Below, piece by piece: positions 1-8,691 of a stretch of 64,000 nt of DNA. The position numbers and the translations under genes were made by a program. Source of the DNA: a virus. Below the pieces are notes generated by a model that was given only the letters and a program-made list of their open reading frames with translations, was not told the DNA's origin and made no database searches. The stretch lies in IMG/VR virus record IMGVR_UViG_3300032238_000977, positions 1 through 64,000 of that record. One strand, 5' to 3'. The stretch's first letter is position 1; every line of letters begins with the position of its first letter.

Positions 1-387
1 TAATGCAGAAGTTGCTGCATCGAATGTTGTTGAACCTGTTGGTTGTAATGCAGCACCATAAGAACCATATGGCGAGAATGTCCAAGTGGTTGGTGATACT
101 GCAGGTGCATAATATGGATTAGGTGATCCATTTTGAAGAGTAGGACTTCCAACTGCGGAAAAAGAACCAGCACTAAAAGTTTGATTACCAGTGACTAAGG
201 TAACACCAGTTCCATTGCCCGTAATAGTCCCATTAGTAAGTGTTCCTGTTTGAGATCCAATATTCCAACCAGATAATGAACCTCCTTCAAAATCTGTTCC
301 AGAGATCGTATCTGCAAATGCTGCTGTTGGCACTCCAAGTAAGAGCACAGACGCTGCAGCGAGCGCCTTTTGCGTGTAATTAGACAT
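1..387 (-). CDS. Secreted/outer-membrane Gly-Ser-Thr-rich protein, N-terminal part (runs off the window)
   Basis: Not in the ORF track. ATG at 387, open frame to base 1: MSNYTQKALAAASVLLLGVPTAAFA-DTISGTDFEGGSLSGWNIG..., Sec signal peptide with AFA cleavage site. Confidence 0.8.
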   Translation of the reverse strand, partial: MSNYTQKALAAASVLLLGVPTAAFADTISGTDFEGGSLSGWNIGSQTGTLTNGTITGNGTGVTLVTGNQTFSAGSFSAVGSPTLQNGSPNPYYAPAVSPTTWTFSPYGSYGAALQPTGSTTFDAATSAL

Positions 388-391
388 AAAA

Positions 392-465
392 ATTCCGTGA
401 CTTGATGTTTACTAACAAAAACAAAAGTATTGTTTAAGATTGAAGTATTCACCAAATCACGGAAT
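392..465 (-). promoter_or_regulatory. Long 5' leader hairpin occluding the ribosome-binding region
   Basis: ATTCCGTGATTTGGTG (465-450) pairs with CATCAAGTCACGGAAT (407-392), 16 bp with 2 G-U, ending 4 nt before the ATG. Confidence 0.55.
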
Positions 466-532
466 CGTGAATTGGACTATGTGGATTCAGACCAGTTAAG
501 ATCAGTGAATCAGTAATGATTGTTAATATTTA

Positions 533-1198
533 TTATCCCTTTTTCCAAGCATCACCTTCTGCCTTTCTTCTACGAGCTAGTCCTGCTTCTACATTAGATC
601 CAGGATTACGGTAGAGGTATAAAGCATCGGGAACTTTGTCCCACTCCTTATTCTTCAGTGTGCGTGTAATAGTGTTGAAGTTATCACCACCATAAAAACC
701 AGCGCCAAGATTATAAGCAAAGGAAAGAAGTGCTCCTCTTTTACCATCAGACATTTCACCCCAGTGTGGGATCTTACGAAGTGATGGAAGAAAGTGCTTC
801 TTACACTCATCAATCAATAGTTCATCTGCTTCTGCTTGAGTAATTTTGTCACCCAAATGAAATGGAGATCCATCTTTCTTACGGGTGCAACCCCAACCAA
901 TTGTGATTGGAAGATTACCTGAGAGTGGATCTGGATATGCATTCAATCTGCAACCTTCAAACTCTTTGATGAGTTTAAGTCCCATCATAGACATATCATC
1001 ACCACTAGTTACAGGAGCTGCAGCGGCAGGTGCTGCTACAGCACTATGCTTTTTTCCTCTAAAAATCTCAGCCCACTCTACATTATCTTCAAGATATTTT
1101 GCAGGTAGGTGATCTTCAATCCACTGAACACCCTTTACATGGTTAGGGTTCTTCTCATCATAAAACTTGAAGAAGTTGTGTAAATCTACTTTTGCCAT
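533..1198 (-). CDS. Phage lysozyme (GH24 endolysin) with an extra N-terminal domain
   Basis: LIKEFEG-x-RLNAYPD...TIGWG catalytic motif, SFAYNLG, GLARRRKAE. Start placed at MAKVDL (RBS AGGAG). Confidence 0.9.
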   Translation of the reverse strand: MAKVDLHNFFKFYDEKNPNHVKGVQWIEDHLPAKYLEDNVEWAEIFRGKKHSAVAAPAAAAPVTSGDDMSMMGLKLIKEFEGCRLNAYPDPLSGNLPITIGWGCTRKKDGSPFHLGDKITQAEADELLIDECKKHFLPSLRKIPHWGEMSDGKRGALLSFAYNLGAGFYGGDNFNTITRTLKNKEWDKVPDALYLYRNPGSNVEAGLARRRKAEGDAWKKG

Positions 1199-1212
1199 TG
1201 TTCTATCTCCTA

Positions 1213-1893
1213 TCAGTGAAAAATACGACCCCAACCATCGTTGCCGCCTGGGCACCAACGATGCTTAAGAACTGCTTTGGTGTAAATGGTCTTCTTACCA
1301 TTCTCTACTGGACCAGTATAGTTATCATTCAATGAACCATATGGGTCATTGATATAATAACCTTTACCATCTGGAGTAGTACCAATGACTACAACCATGT
1401 GCCCGCCAGTAGGTGCAGAAAGAGAACCCCTATGCAGAATACCAATAACAACAGGTTTTCCAGAAGATAAACTCTTATCAATATCAGAAAAAGAAAGATT
1501 GTAACTAAAGTGTGACTTAACACCATAGCCTTCAAGAACACGGGTTTGAACCGCATGATCTGTTGAATCGCCAATTGCGAATACTTTTTGAACATAGGCA
1601 TCATCGCCCTTGGATCCTTTTAACGTGCCTGGTTTAAGATATTCAAGACACATAGCACAACTAGAACTATTACAAGTACGGTGAGCATCTCTATAGTTAT
1701 CTACTTGATTGAAATAAGGAACTGCCAATACTGCGGGAGTAGGTGGTTTGGTTCTAAAAATTTGTACCCACTCTGTTTCAGAATCGTCCATATATTCAGC
1801 AGGAAGGTTATCCTCTAACCATTGAACTGCTGCTACGTGGTCTGCATTCTTGTCATCATAATACTTAAAAAAGTTATGAAGATCTAGGGTCAT
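1213..1893 (-). CDS. Peptidase C39-like cell-wall hydrolase with the same N-terminal domain as the lysozyme
   Basis: VPYFNQ...CNSSSCAM (Cys), GGHMVVVIG (His), INDPYG (Asp). Confidence 0.85.
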   Translation of the reverse strand: MTLDLHNFFKYYDDKNADHVAAVQWLEDNLPAEYMDDSETEWVQIFRTKPPTPAVLAVPYFNQVDNYRDAHRTCNSSSCAMCLEYLKPGTLKGSKGDDAYVQKVFAIGDSTDHAVQTRVLEGYGVKSHFSYNLSFSDIDKSLSSGKPVVIGILHRGSLSAPTGGHMVVVIGTTPDGKGYYINDPYGSLNDNYTGPVENGKKTIYTKAVLKHRWCPGGNDGWGRIFH

Positions 1894-1917
1894 TGGATAT
1901 TTTCTAAACACTGAAGA

Positions 1918-1925
1918 TATTTATA
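1918..1925 (-). promoter_or_regulatory. T4-type late promoter TATAAATA
   Basis: Exact gp55 consensus directly upstream of the lysis genes. Confidence 0.75.
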
Positions 1926-1950
1926 AAAAAAGCGCCTCTTTGGGCGCTTT
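1925..1950 (-). terminator. Intrinsic terminator after peroxiredoxin
   Basis: AAAGCGCC/GGCGCTTT hairpin followed by T-run on the minus strand. Confidence 0.75.
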
Positions 1951-1958
1951 GATTATCA

Positions 1959-2471
1959 TCAAGCAGTAACTTTGACCTTTTGATTTGCAGTTACATATTC
2001 AAGAACTTTATCTGGAGTAGTTTCAACGTAAGGATCATCTGCACAGTTATCCTCTTTACCAGGCTCAACAAATAGTTTTTCAACAAGGCAGTTATCAATA
2101 ACTGCAGCATAGCGCCAAGAACGATAAGCAAATCCAACGTTAAACTTTGAAACAAGCATGTTCATTCCCGAGGTAAATTCTCCATTTCCATCGGGGATCA
2201 ACTTAACTTTTTCAATTCCCAAAGATTTTCCCCAAGCATTCATAACAAAGGAATCATTTACAGAAACACAATAAATTGCATCAATTCCTTTTGAAATAAA
2301 TTCAGAATATTTTTCTTCAAATCCAGGAAGTTGATAAGCACTGCATGTTGGAGTAAATGCACCGGGAAGAGAAAAGAGAACAACTCTTTTAAGTTTAAAA
2401 AGTTCCTCTGCACTATGGGGAACAAATTCTCCACTTTCGCGGAACATTAAGTCTACTGATGGTACAAACAT
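1959..2471 (-). CDS. Peroxiredoxin (type II / Prx5-like)
   Basis: LPGAFTPTCS, SVNDSFVMNAW, RSWRYA motifs. Confidence 0.93.
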   Translation of the reverse strand: MFVPSVDLMFRESGEFVPHSAEELFKLKRVVLFSLPGAFTPTCSAYQLPGFEEKYSEFISKGIDAIYCVSVNDSFVMNAWGKSLGIEKVKLIPDGNGEFTSGMNMLVSKFNVGFAYRSWRYAAVIDNCLVEKLFVEPGKEDNCADDPYVETTPDKVLEYVTANQKVKVTA

Positions 2472-2478
2472 GATTTTG

Positions 2479-2565
2479 TCAATAAGTTTCAGAAAGTTGA
2501 TTTATGGAATGAAAAAGCAGTACGAAAAATGTAATACTAGTAAAAGTAAAAACTAGAGATGACAT
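2479..2565 (-). CDS. Small hydrophobic peptide, 28 aa
   Basis: MSSLVFTFTSITFFVLLFHSINQLSETY; start overlaps the hli stop (TGATG). Confidence 0.5.
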   Translation of the reverse strand: MSSLVFTFTSITFFVLLFHSINQLSETY

Positions 2566-2684
2566 CACCAAACTCCAGGAATAACTTGACCAGTGACTAA
2601 GTATGAACCAACTGCAGCAACAAATCCAATCATTGCTGCCCATCCATTAATACGTTCTGCCTTTTCAGTAAAAATTTTGTTCAT
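2565..2684 (-). CDS. hli: High-light-inducible protein, 39 aa
   Basis: MNKIFTEKAERINGWAAMIGFVAAVGSYLVTGQVIPGVW: AExxNGxxAMIGF chlorophyll-binding motif and TGQxIPG tail; below the ORF-track cutoff. Confidence 0.93.
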   Translation of the reverse strand: MNKIFTEKAERINGWAAMIGFVAAVGSYLVTGQVIPGVW

Positions 2685-2839
2685 TTGAAAAATCTCCTAA
2701 TGTCTTTTAAATACTTGATAATTTTTTGTAACCTTGTTTTTTTTGTTGTTTCGATTACTGGTTTTCTTTTTGGGTCTGCGGGAATAAATTTGATGTCTGC
2801 CCAGATTTCGGTAACCCTTTTAGAATCAAATGGATCCAT
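2681..2839 (-). CDS. Hypothetical basic protein, 52 aa
   Basis: MDPFDSKRVTEIWADIKF...RRFFK; ATGA overlap with hli. Confidence 0.55.
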   Translation of the reverse strand: MDPFDSKRVTEIWADIKFIPADPKRKPVIETTKKTRLQKIIKYLKDIRRFFK

Positions 2840-2850
2840 ATTTTTTTAAC

Positions 2851-3060
2851 TTAGAAGATTCCAAAGAACAGTTTACCAGTAAATGTATAAGAAATCAAGC
2901 CTGCTACAAAACCCATCATTGCCCAACGACCATTAGCAAGTTCTGCTCTTTCGTTGTGAGTCATCATACCATACTTGATAGCATCTTCATCGGAGATATA
3001 CATCTTAGGTTCACGAGCGAACATATTTTGTTGCCCGTACTCATTAGTCGTTACAGTCAT
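2851..3060 (-). CDS. hli: High-light-inducible protein
   Basis: AELANGRWAMMGF motif, TGKLFFGIF tail. Confidence 0.93.
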   Translation of the reverse strand: MTVTTNEYGQQNMFAREPKMYISDEDAIKYGMMTHNERAELANGRWAMMGFVAGLISYTFTGKLFFGIF

Positions 3061-3070
3061 TTTCCGTTTT

Positions 3071-3117
3071 GTTACGAAACATTACAACATTATATAGGAA
3101 ATGTAAAGGGGCGTCAA
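3071..3117 (-). promoter_or_regulatory. Sigma70 promoter of the hli operon with HLR1-like repeat
   Basis: TTGACG (3117-3112), 17 bp spacer, TATAAT (3094-3089); GTTACGAA-ac-ATTACAAC at 3071-3088. Confidence 0.7.
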
Positions 3118-3133
3118 GCACCCCCCCAACATA

Positions 3134-4096
3134 TCATTCCTTGATTTGATTTACAGCAGCTTGAGATTTTGCTTGAATACCATCCTTGAGAGGAACATAT
3201 CCAAGATCATCAGCAGATGCCTGCGCCTTATCACTCAACATATAATTGATTGCTTCCCTGATAGACGCTGCCTTCGAACCATTACCAGTCTTATAAGCAA
3301 GAACATAAGTCAGTGTTGCAATAGGATACGCACCTTTCGCAGCAGGATTTGGATCCTGTCCTGCAAGGTTCTTATCCAGAGCAATACCATTCAGTGCCTT
3401 AGAACCAGAGGCATAGTTAGGAAGAACAAACTCACCAGACTTGTTCTGAACTGCTGCTGCTTTCAGATTACCTTTCACAAAGGATTGGTTAAGATAACCA
3501 ATTGAACCAGGAGTTGTTGCAAGAACACCAGCAACACCATCATTACCTTTACCACCAATACCAACTTTCCAGTTGACGGATTTACCACTTCCAAGGTTCC
3601 ATTCTTTAGAGAATGCTTGAAGGGACTCAGTGAACGCAGCAGTGGTTCCAGAACCGTCAGAACGGTGTGCTACGACAATTTTACCAGCAGGGCATCCAAG
3701 TTCCTTCCAATTATCAATAGAACCCATAAAGACTGATACTGCTTGTTTCTGAGTGAGTTTCAGTTTGCAGGCAGGATTGTTATAGGCAATTGCAATCGTT
3801 CCACCAACGATGGGGATTTGAACCACACCACGGGAAACTTTAGCACGGTCCTTATCAGAGATAGGATCATCAGATGCTGCAAAGGTTACAGTTTCATCAA
3901 TGAATGCTTTACGACCAGCACCAGAACCAACAGGTTGATAATTTACTTTAGGACCACCCGACTTAGCAAGTTTACTAAACCAGAATTGGTAAATGGGTGC
4001 TGGGAATGTAGCGCCTGCAACATTAATGCGATCTGCTGCAAGTGTTGCAGTAGGTGCAAGAAAAATACTAGCAGCAAGAAGAGCTTTGAGTTTCAT
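3134..4096 (-). CDS. pstS: Phosphate-binding protein PstS
   Basis: AGATFPAPIY, GSGAG, HRSDGSGTT, YPIAT motifs; signal peptide. Confidence 0.97.
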   Translation of the reverse strand: MKLKALLAASIFLAPTATLAADRINVAGATFPAPIYQFWFSKLAKSGGPKVNYQPVGSGAGRKAFIDETVTFAASDDPISDKDRAKVSRGVVQIPIVGGTIAIAYNNPACKLKLTQKQAVSVFMGSIDNWKELGCPAGKIVVAHRSDGSGTTAAFTESLQAFSKEWNLGSGKSVNWKVGIGGKGNDGVAGVLATTPGSIGYLNQSFVKGNLKAAAVQNKSGEFVLPNYASGSKALNGIALDKNLAGQDPNPAAKGAYPIATLTYVLAYKTGNGSKAASIREAINYMLSDKAQASADDLGYVPLKDGIQAKSQAAVNQIKE

Positions 4097-4118
4097 AAAA
4101 ATAAGTAACTTCGTAAGA

Positions 4119-4151
4119 ATTATACTATGTGAAAGTTAAATTTGAGTTAAA
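4119..4151 (-). promoter_or_regulatory. Pho box plus -10 element upstream of pstS
   Basis: TTTAACTC-aaa-TTTAACTT (11-bp period, YTTAAYYW type) in place of a -35; TATAAT at 4124-4119. Confidence 0.75.
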
Positions 4152-4165
4152 TGTGTCCAAACACC

Positions 4166-4188
4166 AAAAATCCCCCTTGCGGGGGATA
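4166..4188 (-). terminator. Terminator after porin
   Basis: ATCCCCC/GGGGGAT hairpin followed by T-run. Confidence 0.7.
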
Positions 4189-4210
4189 AATGGTATCTAT
4201 GATTTAGATA

Positions 4211-5779
4211 TCAGAACTTAAAGGTTGTCTGAATCACACCACCCAAACCATTGAAGGTAGGTTGGTTAGCAGCATTCGTGGTTGAATTGCTTGCTCCAGA
4301 GGCATAGAACAGAGCAGGAGTAACTGAGATATTGTCAGATACTTGAACCTTGTAGAAGAACTCAGCAAGCCAAGGATCACTACCAGAAGCACCAGCAGAG
4401 TTTGCAGGTTGACCAAGAGCAATACCAGCAGCATTACCTTTCACAAAGGCATCATCCCACTGAAGACCAACCATCCAAGAGCGGGAAGATTGTGCTTGTT
4501 TCTGAGCAGTGGCACCAGGAGAAGTGGAGTTACCATTAACAAAGTTATAACCGTAACCTACGCTCACAGAAGGAATTGCTCCAGTGGTTTTGGGTTGCCA
4601 GTAAGCATTCAATGCTACAGCATTTGAATACTGACCAAGACCAAGAGCACTGCCAGCAACACTATTACCATCACGAACACCAGTTTGAGTAGTGCCATAA
4701 CGATAACCAGCAGCAACACCCCACTGAGTTGCTTTATAACCAAGTTGGGTCAGAATGTTGATACCAGACTCGGAATTGAATACACCATAGGAACTATCTG
4801 AACCTGATGCACCATTCTTACAACCAGCAGTACAAGTTGTATTGGAACTGTTTACGGCAGAACCATTCACAACGTAGTTAGCATTGAAGACAAATCCAGG
4901 TTTGCCTTTTGCTACAGGTTGTTTCCATTGTAGACCAACACCTTCACCAGTTGCTTTGTTGTAGACACCACCAGTACCACCAACAGCAAATACATCAAGA
5001 ATATTTGACTTGTATGCAGAAGGAATCCAAGCCATCTCAGTGTTACGAACCAAAGCACCAATGGTCAATTTGGTTGCTTGATTCTTACCAACAGGGAAGG
5101 TATAATAGAGGCGATCAATATAGACTGCATTATTCCAATCTTCTGCTTTATCAAGTTTGAAGATGTTGTTGGTTGAAGTACCGAAAGGATACTTAGAGAA
5201 ATTACCAGTACGAAGACGAGTACGAAGCAAATCTTGTCCAGTATATGAAGTGTCTAGGTTCAGACGAAGATCATAGTTAAAGGTTGTGTTTCCGTATTGT
5301 GGCAATCCAGGGATACCACCAAGAATCATACTTGCTTCACCATTTAGTTTGGTGGTAGTGGAGAATTGTTGTGCCTGAAGGGTACGAACTTTGTTCTCAA
5401 GTCCATCAACACGAGCAGTAAGAACGGTTAGTTCTGTGTCAAACTCAGCAAGAAGTTTGCGAAGTTCATCGGTGCTTTCAGTCACACGATCAAGGCAAGC
5501 ATTCAAAAGTGCCGCTGCCTCAAAACGAGTCAGTGCCTTACCGCCACGGAAAGTTCCGTTGGGATAACCAGCAACGCAACCATATTTCTCAACAAGATTG
5601 CTGAGTGCCTGGTATGCCCAATCCGTAGGACGAACATCAGACAATTGAGTGACGCTCGAAACCTGCTCTCCAGTTGAGTATTGATTGACTGCTGACATAT
5701 TAAGGTCTGCTGCTTGTGCAACAGCAGGAGCAATCATACCCAAAGCAACAGGTGCAAGCATCAGTTGTTTGATTTTCAT
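4211..5779 (-). CDS. Cyanobacterial outer-membrane porin (SLH domain plus OprB-like barrel, Som type)
   Basis: Signal peptide, SDVRPTDWAYQAL..YGCVAGYP SLH motif, coiled coil, FSTTTKL, C-terminal QTTFKF. Confidence 0.93.
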   Translation of the reverse strand: MKIKQLMLAPVALGMIAPAVAQAADLNMSAVNQYSTGEQVSSVTQLSDVRPTDWAYQALSNLVEKYGCVAGYPNGTFRGGKALTRFEAAALLNACLDRVTESTDELRKLLAEFDTELTVLTARVDGLENKVRTLQAQQFSTTTKLNGEASMILGGIPGLPQYGNTTFNYDLRLNLDTSYTGQDLLRTRLRTGNFSKYPFGTSTNNIFKLDKAEDWNNAVYIDRLYYTFPVGKNQATKLTIGALVRNTEMAWIPSAYKSNILDVFAVGGTGGVYNKATGEGVGLQWKQPVAKGKPGFVFNANYVVNGSAVNSSNTTCTAGCKNGASGSDSSYGVFNSESGINILTQLGYKATQWGVAAGYRYGTTQTGVRDGNSVAGSALGLGQYSNAVALNAYWQPKTTGAIPSVSVGYGYNFVNGNSTSPGATAQKQAQSSRSWMVGLQWDDAFVKGNAAGIALGQPANSAGASGSDPWLAEFFYKVQVSDNISVTPALFYASGASNSTTNAANQPTFNGLGGVIQTTFKF

Positions 5780-5851
5780 AAAGTTTGTTTTTTTGTACTA
5801 GACGACATTGTGAAGATTTACAACAAGGCAAATCTTCGTTATTTAGGGAGT

Positions 5852-5879
5852 CTTAAGTGATCCTTAAAATACTTTAACA
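5852..5879. promoter_or_regulatory. Pho-box-like tandem TTAA repeats upstream of porin
   Basis: YTTAA cores at 5853, 5864 and 5874 (11 and 10 bp apart). Confidence 0.4.
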
Positions 5880-5902
5880 GATTTCTAAACAATAGTCAAT
5901 AG

Positions 5903-6013
5903 TCAATTTGGAGTGGGAAGTTCAACATTTATACTATTAATAGCATTGTAAGCAATGTTTCCCCCAACAAAAACTAAAGGAACGCAGAGCAGAGCAAGAA
6001 GAATTACTTTCAT
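5903..6013 (-). CDS. Small membrane peptide, 36 aa
   Basis: MKVILLALLCVPLVFVGGNIAYNAINSINVELPTPN; ATGA overlap with the upstream ORF. Confidence 0.5.
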   Translation of the reverse strand: MKVILLALLCVPLVFVGGNIAYNAINSINVELPTPN

Positions 6014-6258
6014 TGATTTTTTTTAGAAAGAGAAAGAGCAAGACCAGTTGCAGCAGTTACGCCAGTAAGACCATAAAGACCACCCCAAAGACCAAGCCAA
6101 AGAGAATTGTTTCTGTGAATTTGAGAAACTTCGGGTGCTACTTTATGGTACTTATATGCAGCACCATATTCCTGCACATACCAAAGAAAACAGGCGCTAG
6201 TCGCAACGGTAGTAACAGTGACGGCAGACGCAAGATAGAACTCAAGAAGTTTTTTCAT
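6010..6258 (-). CDS. Hypothetical two-TM membrane protein
   Basis: Two hydrophobic segments; own promoter upstream. Confidence 0.65.
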   Translation of the reverse strand: MKKLLEFYLASAVTVTTVATSACFLWYVQEYGAAYKYHKVAPEVSQIHRNNSLWLGLWGGLYGLTGVTAATGLALSLSKKNQ

Positions 6259-6283
6259 GAAGTGGAAAATTGGTCATGAATAC

Positions 6284-6340
6284 ATTATAAGGTAAAAAAC
6301 GTAGATCAGACCTATCCAATGGACAGTTCATAAACTGTCT
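6284..6340 (-). promoter_or_regulatory. Promoter with 20-bp palindrome (copy 1)
   Basis: GGACAGTT-cata-AACTGTCT at 6321-6340, 31 bp upstream of TATAAT (6289-6284). Confidence 0.6.
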
Positions 6341-6343
6341 AGA

Positions 6344-7129
6344 TCAGTTGGGCGTTGCTTCAGTGATCCTTCCTAGATAAGGATCATAATCCATCAGACC
6401 AGATATATTTAACTGGGCACCAGTCTGCTGCCAGAAGTTTAAAAGTCCATCATGATTAGCTTTGTGAATAGCATCAATATGATCTGGATGGATGGAAGAA
6501 CCAAGTTCAATCCTATAAAGAAGCAATGGGATACTATAAGTATTTCCAGAATTGTAAATCAAATCGTCTGCAACGGGGCGTGGTTTAACTCCATTATCGA
6601 GACGGTACTTGTCACCTTTAACATGGAACTTAAGAAGTTTTTCTGCATGGTGGCGAGTAATCAAATAGCAAGCGGTTGAAAAATCATTCACAAATCTCTT
6701 GTGCAGTTTTACATGCAAACTACCTGTACAAATAATTGCAATCTGAACAACATCCCAATCATAAGGGATTTTTGAATAGAAATCATCCCAAGTAAAGTCC
6801 CAATACTTGACCAAATCCAAGTTACAATCATCTTCCATGATAATTGCATAAGGACTATTGGAGGTTTCATACCAATGCTTAATTGCTTTTAGGTGAGAAG
6901 TGATACAACCAATTTCACCAGAATTCATCATCTCAGGATATCTACCAGAAATAATATTACTTAGATCATCATCCCTACCGTCGTATGCTGAGATGCGAGT
7001 ATAGTTCTCAATTTCCCAATATTTAAATTGGTACTCCATATAATTTTTTCTATCAGGTTCCCCATCAAGATTAATGTAATAGATGGGTCCAATGTTTTTA
7101 AGTTTGTATGCAGATTTGTTCTTATCCAT
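6344..7129 (-). CDS. Glycosyltransferase family 25
   Basis: YYINLD...R, GEIGCITSH, IMEDD motifs. Confidence 0.85.
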   Translation of the reverse strand: MDKNKSAYKLKNIGPIYYINLDGEPDRKNYMEYQFKYWEIENYTRISAYDGRDDDLSNIISGRYPEMMNSGEIGCITSHLKAIKHWYETSNSPYAIIMEDDCNLDLVKYWDFTWDDFYSKIPYDWDVVQIAIICTGSLHVKLHKRFVNDFSTACYLITRHHAEKLLKFHVKGDKYRLDNGVKPRPVADDLIYNSGNTYSIPLLLYRIELGSSIHPDHIDAIHKANHDGLLNFWQQTGAQLNISGLMDYDPYLGRITEATPN

Positions 7130-7133
7130 TTTA

Positions 7134-7943
7134 TTAAAAATATTTTTTAAGATATGTTTGATTGGAATAATACTCCAGTAGTTGGTCCTTACTCATCTTT
7201 TGGATTTTTTCCCATTCTTGCATGTTAGATACCATGAAAGGATTATTGAACCAAGAATTTTCTCCTCTAGAGTGTTCTAAATGATAAACATAGTTTTCAA
7301 TCCTACCTACATTATATCCCAATGCAGTGAATCTGTAAAATCTTTCCTTATCTTCTGGAGCGTATGCTTTGAAATTTTCATTTTCCATTCCACCATCAAT
7401 ATAAACTTGGCGATTAAAAAATTGAGCCCATCCAAAATCAGAAGTATGAAGATTGGAATATTTCTCAAGATATTTAAAATCACATGTTTGTAAGAAATGG
7501 GAGACTATTTCATCTGTTGCCTTTACCTGCTGCTGATACATTCCCTGCCCATAAGGATAAATTACATCGTGGGTATGATGAAGAATTGATAGGTATGCTT
7601 CATGATACGAATCTAAGGGAAGTAAAACATCACAATCATAATTTACAACGATTTCTGTTTTTGCTTCAGCAATCATTTCATTCAGAACTTTCTGACGATG
7701 AAAGAGTGGTTCATTACTCTTCTCAAAAATATGAAAGATATGAGTATCAACATCATAAAAATCTTTTAGAACAGGAACAACATCTCTAATAAAAACAGAT
7801 TCAGAGTCTACCTCTTTGATAATGATGTTTGTATCAAAGTTGTCTATTAAAAATGCTGTTGTTGTAATAACATTACGCAACCTATCTTGAGATTCAATAC
7901 GAATTGGGATAATAAAAGTAGCTTCTGTTAGATCAAATTTCAT
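7134..7943 (-). CDS. GT-A glycosyltransferase (GT2/GT7-C like)
   Basis: FIIPIR..DRLRN, YDCD, GGMENENF..YAPED, YHLEH. Confidence 0.8.
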   Translation of the reverse strand: MKFDLTEATFIIPIRIESQDRLRNVITTTAFLIDNFDTNIIIKEVDSESVFIRDVVPVLKDFYDVDTHIFHIFEKSNEPLFHRQKVLNEMIAEAKTEIVVNYDCDVLLPLDSYHEAYLSILHHTHDVIYPYGQGMYQQQVKATDEIVSHFLQTCDFKYLEKYSNLHTSDFGWAQFFNRQVYIDGGMENENFKAYAPEDKERFYRFTALGYNVGRIENYVYHLEHSRGENSWFNNPFMVSNMQEWEKIQKMSKDQLLEYYSNQTYLKKYF

Positions 7944-8691
7944 CTGGATATCTTCTATCTTTAATAAAGTTACTATGCTTTTCGTAAATATACTCGATTT
8001 CTTTTGAATTTACCATCCAACTTCCTTCTTCATGATGAAAATAAGCATCATACTGTGAGTTTTGTTGACTACTAATTCTATCATCATGATCTCTATTAGC
8101 TACGAGAACTTCTGGAATAATATTAGGCATTCCATTTTTCCATCTCATTCTATGATAGAACTCGGTATCAAGAAAGAGTTTTAATTTTTCATCAAAATAA
8201 ACTTTTGATTTGTTCAAAAAAGAAACTACAGAGGGACTGCTTAAAAGATTTCTACCTTCAAGCATGTAATCAGTCCACCTTGGAAGTTTCTCTTCATAGA
8301 AATTCTTACCATCTTTAGTCCCACAAAATCCACTAAAAACCCATTTACATTCTTTGTTTTTATACTGCCTATAAATTATTTCTAAAGAATCTTTTCTAAC
8401 AAAAATATCATCAGAAAACATTATCTTAATAATTCTACCTGTACAATTATCTAAAGCAACATTAATATTTTCACAAGGAACAGATCCTGTGTATTTTACA
8501 TAAGTAAATTCAAAAAAATCAGAATACTCTTGACAGACATCCAATATCAAATCATTTTTACTTTGGTCAGATACAACAACTTCAAAATTTTGAAATGTTT
8601 GTTCCTTTAATGATTCTAGAAGTTCCCTCATCCAGAGAGGTCCATTTTCACCTCTATCATGTGCAGGTATTGCAATTGAAAATTCTTTCAT
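7933..8691 (-). CDS. Glycosyltransferase family 2
   Basis: SIAIP, QTFQNFEVVVSDQS, FSDD; TGATG coupling. Confidence 0.85.
   Translation of the reverse strand: MKEFSIAIPAHDRGENGPLWMRELLESLKEQTFQNFEVVVSDQSKNDLILDVCQEYSDFFEFTYVKYTGSVPCENINVALDNCTGRIIKIMFSDDIFVRKDSLEIIYRQYKNKECKWVFSGFCGTKDGKNFYEEKLPRWTDYMLEGRNLLSSPSVVSFLNKSKVYFDEKLKLFLDTEFYHRMRWKNGMPNIIPEVLVANRDHDDRISSQQNSQYDAYFHHEEGSWMVNSKEIEYIYEKHSNFIKDRRYPDEI

Noticed and set aside
195-455. 86-aa ORF in the track
   Set aside because: Out-of-frame shadow; the real gene starts at 387 in another frame and has a signal peptide
5809-5823. TGTGA-N4-TTACA as an NtcA or CRP site before the porin
   Set aside because: Spacing fits neither GTA-N8-TAC nor TGTGA-N6-TCACA
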